DNA of 64,000 bases from Stegostoma tigrinum (Eukaryota), in assembly GCF_030684315.1 (NCBI RefSeq), contig NC_081393.1, forward strand, positions 10,489,565 to 10,553,564, written 5' to 3'. The notes beneath the pieces were generated by a model. The model worked only from the letters and a program-made list of their open reading frames with translations. It searched no databases and was not told the origin of the DNA. Positions within the stretch are counted from its first letter, which is position 1. Each line of letters starts with the position of its first letter. A program made the translations under genes and the position numbers. Shown here piece after piece: positions 24,086 to 38,672 of this stretch.

Positions 24086-25498
24086 TGATGAAGTGTTCAG
24101 TTTGTCAGACCCAGGTAAATAAATAACATACATTTATCATTGATCAGGATGGCAAATGATACAATACTGGATGTGCACAGCAGCTGAGTCAGCATTCAGA
24201 GAGGGGCTCAAATCTGAGATGCTGAAGTAGAGTTAAGGTCAAAGAAATAACTTCTGTGTTTGTACATTGATTGTCTTGGATTTTTTTTTGAATGATTTTT
24301 CACATTTCTCAACATTTGTTTCAGCAAATTTCTTAGTTTGTGTCTGACCTCTGGATTTTTGTTGGAATTGTTGGCACTCCCCATTTTGTGTGATTTCTCT
24401 GAGGCTCCCATTTTTACTTAAGGCATACACTGGATGCTGTCTAAGTCTGAAGGTTGATAGCAACCACATAGGTAAATTTCTCGTCTGTTGTTCTGTGACA
24501 TTGGACATTGGTTTGATTGTTCTTTTGGTTGTAAGATAGGGTAAGTTAATCTGTAGCTTTAGACTAATAGGGAATGATTCACATGCATGAGTCAAACTGC
24601 ACTCCCTTCTATGGCAGTTTGAGAATTTTAACGCAATGTCCAGTTAAATCTGAAAGTGAAAAGCTGGTGCGGATAAAAGTGGTCATAAAACTGGTAGAAT
24701 CCATGTCCTTTCAGAGAAAGAAATGTGGCACAAGTACCTTTAGAAGATTCAACAGCAACACAAGGGAGTTGGCTTTAAACTGACCTCTGAACTACTTTGG
24801 CAAGTCACTTAGGAGGCCAAACTACTGTAGTCAGAGCAGTTCGACAGCAAGACACATGGCTGACTCATGAAAGCATCTTGAGATTGGAAATAACCCCAGC
24901 CTGGCCAACAATGTCCATCCACATCCTGGGAATAATAGTTTTTAAATAAAGTGTGGACACATCTTTATTAAACTTGCATTGATTCATTTTGTTTTTGGAA
25001 CATGGTTGTGATGGAAACTTATTTCGGAGTACCAGCAAGGCCTATGCAGCAATAGTCATTTCACTACAGTGTTCTTCCTTGGGTCTGTGCTTATCTTCTC
25101 TGATTGTTTGGTAGCGATGTTTGTATTAGGCTGTTGCTAAATAGTGACAAGCTGAGTTCGAGCCACATAAGCAATAGTAAGTTGAGCAGTGTGAAATGAG
25201 CAATGGGGTGACCATAAGTTACTAATTTGGGAGAAATCTTTCATTGTTGAATTCTACTAAACTAGAAAATGGCAGGCACATTCTCATTGTTCAGCATTTC
25301 AGACAGATGCCTGATGTCTCTGCTCTGCTCTGCACAGAGCAAGAATAGTCAATAATCTTACTGTTGAATAAACCTGAGTAGATATTGTGTGGATGTTGTT
25401 CTTCAATATGCCGTTTGTGAGAGGATGGTGGAATATAAACCTCATAGAGGTTTATACACTCATGCATTATTGCATTTTTAATTTCTTAACCTGTTTAA

Positions 25499-25627
<129 letters not shown>

Positions 25628-26056
25628 TGAGTGCACTTAAGATAGTGTCAAGGTGGAGTCTGGATTGACAAGCTGCTTTTGAATTTAATCAAACTGGAAG
25701 TGAACGGAAGTGGATCTACAGTTGTGCCTGAGGACCAAAGGCGGATGTCATGCTGCACAGTGCTAATAATCTGCACCCATATGTAAAGTGTTATGTTGTC
25801 TCCCTCTTGTACATATTACATGCTGATTGCATTCCTGGTTAGTTATTGATAAACAGGAAAGTATTTTAATGTTGAGAAATCATCTGTCAATCATAATAAC
25901 ATAGTGTTTTTGTTCATTCTGTTTGAAAAGTGAATGACACATTTTGCCTGAAAGGACTTGGAGAATGACCATGAAGGCGTTTAAGATTTAACAGTACTTC
26001 TACAAAAGTACAATACAATTTATTTTGAACTGAAAGTTTGCTTTTAAAATTAATTT

Positions 26057-28080
26057 AGAGTTATAGAATCCTACAGCGTGGAGACAGGCCCTTTGGCCCA
26101 AACTGGTCTGTGCCAACCAAAATGTCCATCCACGCTAAGCCTATTTCCCTGCACTTGGCCCATATCCTTTTAAACCTTTCCTATCCATGAATTTGTCCAA
26201 ATTCCTTTTAAATGTTGTTACTGTACCCGCCTCAACCACTTGCGCTGGCAGCTCATTCCATATGTGTACCACCCTCAGTGTAAAAAAGTTGCCCCCATCT
26301 TAGCATCAACTGATGCCCTCTAATCCTCGATTCCCCAACCTTGGGAGAAAGACTGAGTGCATTCACCCTTTCCATGCCTCTCTTGGTCTTATACACATAT
26401 TTCAGATCCCCCTCAGACTCCTATGGTCTAAAGAAAAAAGTCCTAGCTTGCCCAACTTCTCCCTATAACGGAGTCCTGGCAGCATGTTTGTAAATAACTC
26501 CTGCACTCTTTCCAGTTCAATAACACCTTTCCTAAAGCAAGGTGACCAAAACTGAACAGAGGACCCCAAGTGCAAACTCACCAATATCATGAACAGCTGC
26601 ATCATAACTTCCCAATTTCTATACTGAATACCCTGACTGATGAAGGCCAGAGTGCCAAAAGTCGTCTTCACATCCCTGTTTACCTGTGTCTCCACTTTCA
26701 GAGAGCTGTGCACCCCTACTCCAAGGTCCCTCTCTTCCTCTACACTCCTTCAGGCACTACCATTCACCATGAAACTCTTAGCTGGATTTGACTTTCCAAA
26801 GTGCAACACCTCACACTTAACTATTTTAAATTCCGTTTGTCATTTCTTGGCCCACTTCCCCAACTGATCAAGATCCTGCTGCTATGTCTGATAACCTTTC
26901 TCACTGTCGACCGTACTGCCTATTTTAGTATCATCCGCAAACTTACTAATCATGTCATGTACATTCTCATCCAAGTCATCAATACTGATAACAAACAGTA
27001 ATGGGCCCAGCACTGACTCCTGAGGCACACCACTTGTCATAGGCCTCCAGTCTAGCAAGCATCCTTCCAGTATTACCCTCTGCTTCCTACCATCAAGCCA
27101 ATTGTGTATCTAATTTGCGAGCTCTCCCTGGATTCCATGTGATCTCACCTTCCAGAGCAGCCTACCATCGTGGCACCTTATCAAAGGCCTTATTTGAAAT
27201 CCATATAGACCATGTCTACTGCCCTGCCCTCATCAACTTTCCTGGTCACTTCATCAAAGACGATCTCCCACACACAAAGCCATGCTGACTACTCCTAACC
27301 ACGTCCTGTCTTTCCAAATGCACGTATATCTCACCCATCAGAGTCTTCTCAAGTAACTTACCTACCACAGGTGTTAAGCTGACTGCTCTATAATTTCCAT
27401 GTTTTTCTTTGCAGCCCTTCTTGAATAAGGGCATAACATTTACCACCCTCCAGTCTTCCAGGACTTCACTTGTGGCTAACGACAATGCAAATATGTCAGC
27501 TAGGGCCCCTGCAATTTCTTCCTGAGCCTCTTCCTGACCACCTTGGTACATTCTAATATTTCCAACACCTCCCGTACTGTGATATGGATTGTTCCGAAGA
27601 TATTGCCAACTTCTCCAAGTTCCCAAGTCTTCATGTGTTCCTCCACAGTAAACATAGAGGAACTCGCCCATCTCAAGAGCTTCCACACATACGTCTCCAT
27701 GTTGGTCCTTGAGGGGTCCTATTCTCTCTCTCTAGTTTTTATTTTTCCTTTAACATGCAATCTCTTTGGATTCCTAATCTTCTCAGCCAAAACTATGTCA
27801 TGCCCCCTTTTCACCCTCTTGATTTCCACCTTCAGTAAGCTTGGGTATCCCCTCCATGGATTCTCTTGATCCCAGCTGCCTGCTCCTGAGCCATGCCTCC
27901 TGTCTTCTGGTCAAAACCTCAATATCTCTTGTCATCTAGGGTTCCCTACCTTGCCAAACTTGCCCTTCACCCTCACAGGAACATAAAGATCTTGAACTCT
28001 AACAATCACACTTTTAAAGGCCTCTCACTTGCCGGAGGTCCCTTTGCCTGTAAGCAAACTCCTCCAATCAACCCCTGCAA
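26057..28080 (-). mobile_element. CR1-type LINE, 5'-truncated and internally deleted
   Basis: Minus ORFs DWRVVNVMPLFKKGCKEKHGNYRAVSLTPVVGKLLE...SQHGF and SVQFWSPCFRKGVIELERVQ. Confidence 0.9.
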
Positions 28081-28542
28081 TTTTGAAATTTTTTTGGCTG
28101 ATCAGGTGCACAATATTAAATTTTTTCTGTGCTGATGACTGATCACAACATCAAATATTTTTGAGATGATACCAGTTCAAAGTCCATGCAATGTCATTTG
28201 GCTAAAGAAGAGTGCGTGACTTCAGATTTTTTCCCTCTATTTTTAATTCCAGTTGACTGAGCCAATTTCTGAGGTTTATGTGTTGAAAGCCAGTGCTCAG
28301 CGAGAATCTCATGTAATCTACAGAAACTATTTTGAGTTAATGTTATATCAGAATGAGTTTGTTGATTGAATTCAAAACCACATCTCCAAATGGGCATAAT
28401 CTAATGTAGTGCTGATCTGGGTTTTTCCTCTGTGTCTGGTATTGCAAATGGAAAGAATGTTTTATTGAACAGTCATTGGAGTGTTAAAGAAATATTGTTT
28501 TCAAAGCTTGAATATAAAATGTAACTTTTCTGTTTATTTCAG

Positions 28543-28620
28543 GTCGTGTTTTCAATGGGTCTGGAAAGCCAATAGACAGAGGTCCCACTGTGCTTGCTGA
28601 GGACTACTTGGATATTATGG
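28543..28620 (+). CDS. ATP6V1B2: ATP6V1B2 exon 5 (78 nt): [26 protein letters not shown]
   Basis: atttcag acceptor, gtatgg donor. Confidence 0.98.
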
Positions 28621-30045
28621 GTATGGGAATATTTTTATTCCTATAAATAATGTAATAAAATTAAAAACCAATTACTTGTCCAGAGTTATTCCAGAAGTGT
28701 TGATCTTGGCTCAGGTATGATTTTAGTAGTGTCTTGTCATCTTCTGAGACTTGAATTTTGTGGACATTATTTCTCCGTAAGTTAGTCAGTCAGTGCTGAA
28801 CATATTTCATTGCATGATCCATCGCAATACAGTCCGATGACCATTTACATTCAAACAGATGACTGGGCAGTGCAAATGATAATGATGAAAGACAGCAACT
28901 CTACTCAACTGTCTCTTCTGAATCCCAAGGGCAATAAGGATAAATGTAGTGGGAAAAAAAGATTTACCAGTAAAATTCAAGCAAACTATTGAACAACATG
29001 AGCATGATGATGCAAACTTTCAAACCTCTCGAGTCAAATTTTTACACAAAATTTCACGTGGCTTTGAGGGAAAATAACCTAAATGAAAACCTGAGTCCAA
29101 TATGGAGTGAATCCTGTAATATCATGCTGTCATATTTCGATGGACATATGAAACAGAGATTATCTGCTCCTGAGGTGAGTATTGAAATCCCATGTTATGA
29201 TTCAGGGAAAAACAGCAAGTTCTTTCTGTGGTCTAATCAACACTTTTTCCTCAACTAACATCACTAAGTACAGACTGATGCTTCTCTTGATTCATGCTTA
29301 GTGTGCAGAGGTTAATTACTTTCTCTGCCCTGACTTAAAATGATTGATGGAGGAACTTCTGAAGACTCGACACATCACAACAAACTGCCAAATTTTGACA
29401 AATTTTTAACAAACAATTGTTCGCTCATACTTTGCAGCAAGTAATGGTGAGTTTATTGCACAGGGATTTGTCTGTTTTCTGCATACTATCCCAGAAAAGA
29501 AGCACTTGGTGAATTTTTAATCTCTGAAACCTGCTTCATCTGAAACCTGCTCCATGCTTTATTTTGCCCCACAAAAAGACAGCTTGTTCTCCGCTCAGTA
29601 AAGAAGTGAGTTCGACCCAGAACTACTTCAGACACTTTTCATTTAATATTAGGATTTATGTACCTGAGTTAGGGCTTGAAAGTTGTCAGGTTCATTGCTA
29701 CAGGTTGTAAAACTTTCTTTATAACAAGTTGAGAGTTGTTCTTTCCTGTCTCCCTTTTCTCTCTCAATAGAATTGCAATTGTTGTCTTTTCGCCTCTTTG
29801 TTTGACTCTAGTTGGTCACATTTTCCCCCTGTTATTTTTTAGATTTTAATACACTTGAATCATAAAATATTTATGAAAGTGCGCTGCTTGTATCATTGCT
29901 CATTCAAATCCCAGATTCCCTGATGCTTTTGCCATGTAATTACTTGCTTTTCTTTCCAGTTACTTAGAGGGCGTAGCAGTTTTTAAATGTTGAGGAAATA
30001 AGACTGAACTGAAGGCGCAGATTGCGAGATGTTGCATTTCAGTGA

Positions 30046-30279
<234 letters not shown>

Positions 30280-30892
30280 TGAAAACAACCAGATGAGGCA
30301 CTCACTGAGTGAACTTTATATTTGTGAGAATCCGTCTACATTGCCATATTATGGTACACAAAATCTTTTGAGTTGAGGCCACAGTTGTGTAGAGCATTTA
30401 ACCATCTCAAGTGACTCCTGTAAGAACAGTGTTCCACTTGGTGTTGGGCAAGCCAAAACCAACTAGAATGATGGCAAGGAATAGGATGTGGTTAGTTACT
30501 CTGATGCATTGTTGAAGGAAAATGTGGGAGAACCCTAAAATAATGAAGAATTTGTGTGAAACTGAGGGCCCCTATTTGGAGCACCTCTGCAGCTGTTGTT
30601 CGGTTGTTGTGGCCAGATATGCCGAACTACAACGTAAAAGAGACCACTGTAGTCATTTTAAGCATGAGCTTACCTTATTGAATGAAATATTGGGCACTGA
30701 AAATTTTGTGGTATGTTGAACATTAGGATTGTGGCCAATATTATTTGAAATACAACATGCCAGCTTAATGGGGGTAGTCCATATAAATGGCACAAAATAG
30801 CTATCATCAAAGAGGTTGGTAAGCCGTATCTTATTTTGTGGTAACAATAACATGTTCAGTCATGGTGATGCTGATATGTTCTTTATTTGTAG

Positions 30893-30994
30893 ATTGCTGC
30901 CCAGATCTGTCGTCAGGCTGGCCTTGTAAGAAAAAGCAAAGATGTTATGGATTATACTGAAGAGAACTTTGCCATTGTGTTTGCTGCAATGGGT
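30893..30994 (+). CDS. ATP6V1B2: ATP6V1B2 exon 7 (102 nt): [34 protein letters not shown]
   Basis: tttgtag acceptor, gtaagt donor. Confidence 0.98.
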
Positions 30995-31653
30995 GTAAGT
31001 ATTTAATAACATCTCCCAACTTTCAAACAATCAAAATTTTGTCCACTGTCAAGTTGAACAATCTGCCCAGACTTGATGATCTGTTTAATCAATGATCTGT
31101 TTGAAATTTTCTTGGTAGCATTTACCAACTGAGGAGAAAAAAGGCATAGAGTCCAGAAAATTGCTACTTGGGTGACTGAAGCAGAGAAAGTTGGAATGGC
31201 ATCTGTGTTTTCAAATTGTTGCGACTATTACTAATCTGCATATATTCCAGTCACACAGGCCGGCCATGTTTTTTGCTAACTGCAGCAAATCTTTCTGAGG
31301 TAACAGGGAGAGAAACCTCCACACAGTGCTTGTGGAGAGACTTTGGGAAATACATGAGTTCGAGATGATGTATTGGATGCTGAATTAGGTGGAGATCTTG
31401 GAAATTTAGTTTTTGTTTTGGGTCCACTGAGGCCATTGGGACATATAGCCTGTACACAACCCATAGCTTTATTATGAGTAGTTGGTCAACTTGATGATGT
31501 CCTCCATGCCTAGTTTATCTATTTAGAGTACCTCCATCTTATGAGAGTAGAGGAAGACCCTAAATTGAGAGGTTAGGGTGCTACAAGAAGTCTCGTCAAA
31601 CACGAGTTTCATTTTGCTTTAATCAGTTCTTTTTGAGTTAAACTAGAAAGATT

Positions 31654-32009
31654 GCAGCATGGTGGCCAACACTGCTGCCTCACAGTGCCAGAGACTCATG
31701 TTTGATTCCATCCTTAGACGACTGTCTGTGTGAGGTTTGCATGTTCTCTCTGTGTGTGGGTTTCCTCTGGATGCGCTGGTTTCCACCTGCAGTCCAAAAA
31801 TGTGCAGATTAGGTAATTGGCTATGCTAAATTGCCCATAGTATCCAGGGATGTGTAGTTTAGATGGATTAGCCATGGGAAATGCTGGATTATGGGGGATT
31901 GGGTTGGGGGTGATGGGAATGTGTAGGGTTGCTCTTCAAAGGATCGGTGTGGACTAAATGGGCTGAATGATTGCTTTTGCACTGTAGGGTTCCGCAATTC
32001 TATTCTATG
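31654..32009 (+). mobile_element. HE1-like V-SINE in ATP6V1B2 intron 7
   Basis: actgctgcctcacagtgccagagac...gtctgtgtgaggtttgcatgttctc...ttctattctatga. Confidence 0.85.
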
Positions 32010-32029
32010 AAAGGCAACTCTTGCGATGA

Positions 32030-32176
<147 letters not shown>

Positions 32177-32893
32177 TAAGTCAGTTTCTCCCACCGTATT
32201 CTCATTTACCATAGAATTTATGTCAGGATTCCACTGACCTGAATATGCTGGCGTGAACAGTATTGCTGTTCATTGAGGCCTTGAGATGCGTTCCATAATG
32301 TTGGGAAGATATGATTTGTTTAAGCTGATGATTGAGTCGAGGGTTGGATGTTATCTATGCTTTCAGTTTGAACTCTGAAACTGCACTCCAGTACTTGGTA
32401 AGAAGCATATTCTGGCTCTTCGCAGACAGCTAGGTTCACCTAGCTAGTCCTCTGTTTTTGCCTTGCTCCAAGCTTGCTCAGTTGCATCAAGCACATATTG
32501 CATGTTAGCTTTTCAGTCCCTTTTTCCGAGCTTCACTGAAGCATTAACGCTCACAGCTTCTTCCAGTCCTTTCATGGCTTCTCCCAACAACATCCCACTT
32601 TGTTAGATCCTCATGACAGATTCTGATTCCTGACTCCAACACTTTGCTGCTTTCTAATTCCTGAGTTCTTAGAGTACAGAAAAATGCACAGCCTTTGACA
32701 CCTCAATGACCCTCTACACTGAATCTGGCCAGTTCAGCTGTATTTGCAGCAGCATAGCCATCTGCCACATGCCTAACATGTGATTGCTCTCTGCCTCTAT
32801 CACTCTTCCACTGCCCCATGTTCTCACTGACTTTCTCAACTGCCTGTAACCTTCGAACTCATCTTTTCAGTGACCCTCTGAAATGTCTATGTG

Positions 32894-33158
32894 CAGAATT
32901 GTAAGTACCCATTGAGTAACTGATGGGACAGTGTGTGCTCTGACTCCTAGAGTTTAGAGATATCTGACTTCTGAACCCAAAAAAATGCTAACAAAACAGA
33001 AGAATTCCTCACGTTTAAACATTTTGACATGTGCTCAGGTTTAAAAAATAGCAAACGCGGGTTAGATAATTGTGATAAGTTGGTTCCAGACTCAACTTGA
33101 TGCATTTCTGCAGACAGGAAAGCTTGTCAAGTTGGACCTCACGTCTGAAAGATGGACT
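32894..33158 (+). repeat. Copy 1 of a diverged ~265-bp element shared by ATP6V1B2 introns 8 and 10
   Basis: Collinear with 35909-36173; shared cores ctctgactNctagagttta and gttggttccagactcaacttg. Confidence 0.85.
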
Positions 33159-33238
33159 GCTTTCTTGGTCAAATAATGCATCTTTTTGTTCTAGAAGCTT
33201 TGTTGTTTTTGCAATAAATGTTGACTTATGTCTCACAG

Positions 33239-33362
33239 CATTGAGCGTATTATCACTCCTCGCCTTGCATTGACGACAGCTGAATTCCTCGCGTACCAGT
33301 GTGAAAAGCATGTGCTGGTTATTCTCACTGACATGAGCTCATATGCAGAGGCTCTCAGAGAG
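33239..33362 (+). CDS. ATP6V1B2: ATP6V1B2 exon 9 (124 nt): [41 protein letters not shown]
   Basis: ctcacag acceptor, gtaaat donor. Confidence 0.99.
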
Positions 33363-33982
33363 GTAAATCCAGACAAGGAGACTGAAATGAACTTGCAAAA
33401 ATAATGTCCAACTGATTAATTGAACAGCCTTGTGAAACATTCTGTATAAACTATGCATAGAATATAATGTCGGTTGATTCTTTCCACCCGGAAATGTGTT
33501 GCTGTATTTCCAGCCAGGGAAGCCGACAGCGGTGTCATGAAACAGCTTTTTGTGAAATTGGCTAAATTTTAGGTAGTCGATGGAAGTTTGTTGAGACATT
33601 CACTTTCACAGAGAACAGTATAATGCAATCTAAGAAATTTCCATTCTTTTTTGCTTCTTGAATTTGCTTAAGATGCTTCTGCAGTGTTGTGCATCGCTGC
33701 ATCTGCTGACAACCTGGGGCAGGTGCAGTGACAGCAAAATCTCTAAAGTAAACTTAGAAAAAGTGGAAATGAATAAAACCAACTTGTAAATGTAGTGATA
33801 AACTTAACAGTTAGATTTTAAGAATTGCTGACAGACCTGTCAGAGTTCCTATTTTCTGCATTTTCCATGCAATATATCTGATTGACAGAGCCAGTTTATT
33901 GCGTTGTACCCATCACACTTGCTCAGTGTGTCACTGTGTAATTAAGCTGATAATATTTTGTTGATTTGTTCAATCATGCTAG

Positions 33983-34165
<183 letters not shown>

Positions 34166-35210
34166 TGAAGAAAAATGTGCTTTTGGTATCACTTCAAATG
34201 CTCATTGGGCCTTAGGTAGCCTGGAAGTTCTTTTGAAAGGAAGAAAATAAACAAAATCAGATGAGGTAAATTGTTAACAATGGACCACATAAGAAATTTG
34301 GGTGCAGTGTTTTCAGCTACTGGATAACTGAATTGGACATGATCGAAAACTTTCTGGAAGTCTTTAGAAATGTTATAGTAGACTGTTTTTTGATCTTTTA
34401 TAATGTATCCTCATGAAGTTGTGCCCCAACTAAGTCCTGGCTGGATGTTATCACATCAGGTGTGAAATGAAACATTCCAGTCAAGAGCCTGCAAAATCTC
34501 ACACCAAGACACAAGAAGAAATTTGAGGACCAGCGGCTAAGAGATTACTTTTACCAAGTGTCTTGAAGGAGGCAACAAAGATGTTGGGACAAAACTCTGA
34601 AGCTTGGAGCCAGTGCGTTTTCAAGTTCCTAATGATGGCGCAGATGTGCTCGGGAAAACATAAGATGCCTGTTTATTGCAGTAGCTTCTGTCAATGGTTA
34701 TTATTTTTATATAATTGACATAGTTTCTCCCAGTTCTGCTGTTTGCATTCATTTGTCACAGTGAAATTGTGCTTTCCGAAAGCAGACTGAGTCTCCCCTG
34801 TTTCAAATGCTGAGAAATTATGCATTTCTTTTTGTAATCATTATGTCCAGTATTAAGTGTTACTTAATGTACTTGCATTAAAAATGTGAAGAGTGACATA
34901 CAGTATGTGAGATGTGATTCTCAACTGACTGGGAAAGGGTAATAATGAAACTGATTGCCTCTTGCTTTAAAACTGTAACCTGTAGCAACAGCTGAGAAAA
35001 TTTTATCATCAGGACTTAACAAGGAAGGCCACGTCAAAAAAAAGGAAATTTGATCCATTGTGACTCTGAGTCTGCAACACTCTGGGCCCTGTCATCGAGA
35101 GGTGGCTTTTTCTCTGCAATTTCTAGTAGTAGAGGTTTGACTTTGCAGTGAACCCATTTGATTTTTAATACTGGATATGCCAGTCCCCAGGATGAAACCT
35201 GAATTGACTG

Positions 35211-35537
35211 ATAGAATCCCTACAGTGTGGAACAGGCCATTCGGTCCAACAAATCCTCACCAACTCTCCAAGGAGCATCCCACCGTATCCCTTGCCATCT
35301 TGCATTTTTTTCCCAATGGCTACTCCACCTAACCTAAACATACCTGGACACTATGGGAAATTTAGCATGGTCAATCCACCTGCACATGTTTGGACTGTGG
35401 AAGGAAACCGGAGCACCTGGAGAAAATGCACACAGATACAGGGAGAATGTGGAAACTCCAACAGACAGTCACACGAGAATGGAGTTGAACCCAGGTTCCT
35501 CTTGCTGTGAGGCAGCAGTACTTACTACCATGCCACC
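35211..35537 (-). mobile_element. HE1-like V-SINE in ATP6V1B2 intron 10
   Basis: atagaatccctacagtgtggaacaggcc...tgtgaggcagcagtacttactaccatgccacc. Confidence 0.88.
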
Positions 35538-35908
35538 AGTCCTTTTGTTTGAACCCTGGAGATCAGTTATTGAACACACCAAGTCTGCTGGTGTGTTTTT
35601 AAATGAAGAGTAAATCATTTGTTTGACAAGAAACACATGTTTTTCAGTAGGCTTAAATGTTGGAAAAGTTTCAGTTTCAGTGTTCTCTTTTTAGTCTCAG
35701 CAATATCCTCTCAAGCACCAATCTCCACACTTAGGCTTCTCAGTGAGGCTTGCACAATCGTGATCATTTCACTTATGATGAATTTATGCACTTGTATACA
35801 ATACTTCCATTGAGCAAGCATTCTCCCCCTGAATCACTTTAACTAAACTTAGTTTTGTGTGAGACTTTTTTCCAGAGAGATAAGCCCTCATACTTCAATA
35901 CTCTGCTA

Positions 35909-36173
35909 CAGAATTGAATGTAGCCATCAAACAACTTGAGGGATAGATTGTACTCTGACTGCTAGAGTTTACAGATGTCTGGCTTCTGAGCCTAAAGAAA
36001 ATGAGAACAGAAAGAATTATCACAGTTTTAAAAATTTTGAGAATTGCTCAGGCTTTGAGTACTAGAGGACTCAAGTTATAAATTCGGTATATGTTGGTTC
36101 CAGACTCAACTTGGTGAGTTTTTGCAGAGTAAAAAGATTATCAAGTTACAGCGCATTTCTGAAACTTGGACTG
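35909..36173 (+). repeat. Copy 2 of the diverged intronic element (see 32894-33158)
   Basis: Alignment by eye to 32894-33158. Confidence 0.85.
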
Positions 36174-36489
36174 ATTGACTGACTCGTGAATTTTTCTGTC
36201 TCCTTGTGTCCCTGGGTCCTTGTCATGAGGGAGTAGTGTAGTTTTTTTTTCTCTACCTTTGCTTAAATACGCCATCTTTTCAACTCAAAGCTTTGTAAAA
36301 CCTCATCAAAAACCCGTGAACAGACATGGCTCCAGACCTCCTCGTACCAAGCTATAAAAAGTAACTTTTTAAAAATGGAACTAAAGCCAGGTTTTCCACT
36401 GTCTTTGCACAAAATATAAATTAAACTTCAAGGTCTACATTGTTCTAAAACTTAATCTCTTTTCTTGGTGTTTTCTATACTGAATGCAG

Positions 36490-36572
36490 ATATCACTCAT
36501 CCCATTCCTGACTTAACTGGCTATATTACCGAAGGACAGATCTATGTTGATCGACAGTTACACAATCGACAG
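36490..36572 (+). CDS. ATP6V1B2: ATP6V1B2 exon 11 (83 nt): [28 protein letters not shown]
   Basis: aatgcag acceptor, gtaaat donor. Confidence 0.99.
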
Positions 36573-36855
36573 GTAAATCTTGGTATTGGATAAGCACCTG
36601 ATGCTGCATTCCTGTTACAACCAATTTAGTTGCGTGCTGGTTTTAAGTATTGCTTGCAAAGATCATGGTGCTTCACCATCACGAGTGGATGGGTTAATAA
36701 AAAGAACAAAAAACTATGACCATCAATTTCATTTATAACATAAGCAGGAAATTTTAGCTTTCCCAATTTATCTTTGCTTTTAAAAAGAAAAAACCTTGGT
36801 GTGAGAATGCCCATCAGCGTGATTCCATTTTTTATTTTGTGCTGATGTCCCACAG

Positions 36856-36960
36856 ATATATCCTCCAATAAATGTGCTACCTTCATTGTCAAGATTGATG
36901 AAGTCAGCAATAGGAGAGGGAATGACACGCAAGGATCACGCAGATGTCTCTAATCAGCTG
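36856..36960 (+). CDS. ATP6V1B2: ATP6V1B2 exon 12 (105 nt): [35 protein letters not shown]
   Basis: cccacag acceptor, gtaaga donor; ATP synthase alpha/beta signature [10 protein letters not shown]. Confidence 0.99.
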
Positions 36961-37433
36961 GTAAGAAGCACAGAAACTGGAAGAGCCATTCAGCCCTTCA
37001 GCCCCTTGCTTGCTGGCTGATTTGTGCTTCAGTTTCTATTTGCTCACGTTGGGTTTGCAGTCATTAATATAATTGCCAAACATAAATCTGAAGAATTTCA
37101 GGTTGAAACTTTCAGCTGATTAAATCATAACTTTTTTTTGGAGGAGAGAGTGTTAGATTGTGGCTGCCTTTTGTATAAAGTAGTTCTTCTAGATATAATT
37201 GCGGAATGCCCTCCCTGTATTTTTAACAAGGTAAACCATAACATTTAATGTTAATTCAAACAGTTCCCTGGCTGCTGAATCCTTAGCATTGTGGAGATTG
37301 AAATGGGGACAGATGAGTATTAATGTTCATCTGCAGATGAGGTATAAAGCTCAATTGTGTGCCAAGCCACATTTAAACTTTTTTAAAATTCATTACATAG
37401 AACAAAGAACATTACAGCACAGTACAGGCCCTT

Positions 37434-37760
37434 CGGGATGACGGCATCAAGCAGCATTTATTTCCCATCCTTAATTGCCCAGAGCACAGTTAAGACTCAA
37501 CCACATTGCTGTGGATCTGGAGTCACATGTAGGCCAGACGAGGGAAGGATGGCAGTTTGCTTCCCTAAAGGACGTTAGTGAACCAGATGGGTTTTTCCAA
37601 CAATTGACAATGGATTCATGGTCACCATTTGATTCTTAATTCCAGATATTTATTGAATTCAAATTCCACCATTTGCCATGGTGGGATTTGAACCCACGCA
37701 CCCAGAACATAATCTGCCTCTCTGGATTAACAGTCCAGTCCATGAGGCAATCACCTCCCG
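37434..37760 (-). mobile_element. tRNA-derived SINE sharing its tail with the CR1-group LINE family
   Basis: Reverse complement of the copy at 62765-63112. Confidence 0.85.
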
Positions 37761-37879
37761 ATTTGCACAGAGTCAAGCTGAGGCAACATTCAGGCACAGA
37801 AATTAAGTGTTGTGTGGAAATTGGGTTTTCTTTCTCAAGTTCAAAAGGCAAAATGCCCAAAATCTTCCTAGTCTTCTGA

Positions 37880-38062
<183 letters not shown>

Positions 38063-38529
38063 TGAGAATTTTAATGACTTCTTCAGACCAAAATTGGAAA
38101 TACTGTTGTATTGTCCTCCTGACAGAGTATGCTGTTAAATGACTGCTTTAAACTTCCAACTCGGTAGTTAATAAGCTTAATACCGTTGATATTCTAATCC
38201 ATTACATGAACTGTTGGTTCATGAGGGTGGCATTGAATGCTGCATGTAGCCAAACCTCTTGCCATGTGTAAGTAACCCTGATGGGAGTGCAGAACAGTGA
38301 TTTCTGACACATTCTCTCCTGGAAGATGAACCATTGATACCTGGCCTATGTAACAATGGGTTGCAAATTCACCAAAATCCCAGGAATGCAAGGAGAGATC
38401 ATGTATGTATGTAAATAATTGCATGTTGTTTTGACTTTTTCTAAAAAGCTTTGACGTGTGTATTCCAAGCCCTGGAGAATCTTGTTTATTCACAAAGGAA
38501 TCTTTAGCTTTCTGACTTTGTCTCTTTAG

Positions 38530-38672
38530 GAGCTTATGAAAATCGCACTGTGTATGAGACCCTGGACATTGGCTGGCAGTTGCTGCGAATCTTCCCCAAG
38601 GAGATGCTGAAACGAATCCCACAGAGCATCCTGGCAGAGTTCTACCCAAGGGACTCGGGTGCCAAACATTAA
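38530..38672 (+). CDS. ATP6V1B2: ATP6V1B2 exon 14 (143 coding nt): [47 protein letters not shown]
   Basis: ctttag acceptor, TAA at 38670-38672. B2-type C-terminus (RDS-AKH, no B1 DTAL PDZ motif). Exon lengths sum to 1521 nt in frame. Confidence 0.99.

Noticed and set aside
38194-38649. 151-aa antisense ORF over the last ATP6V1B2 exon
   Set aside because: Shadow frame of coding and intronic sequence with no independent support.
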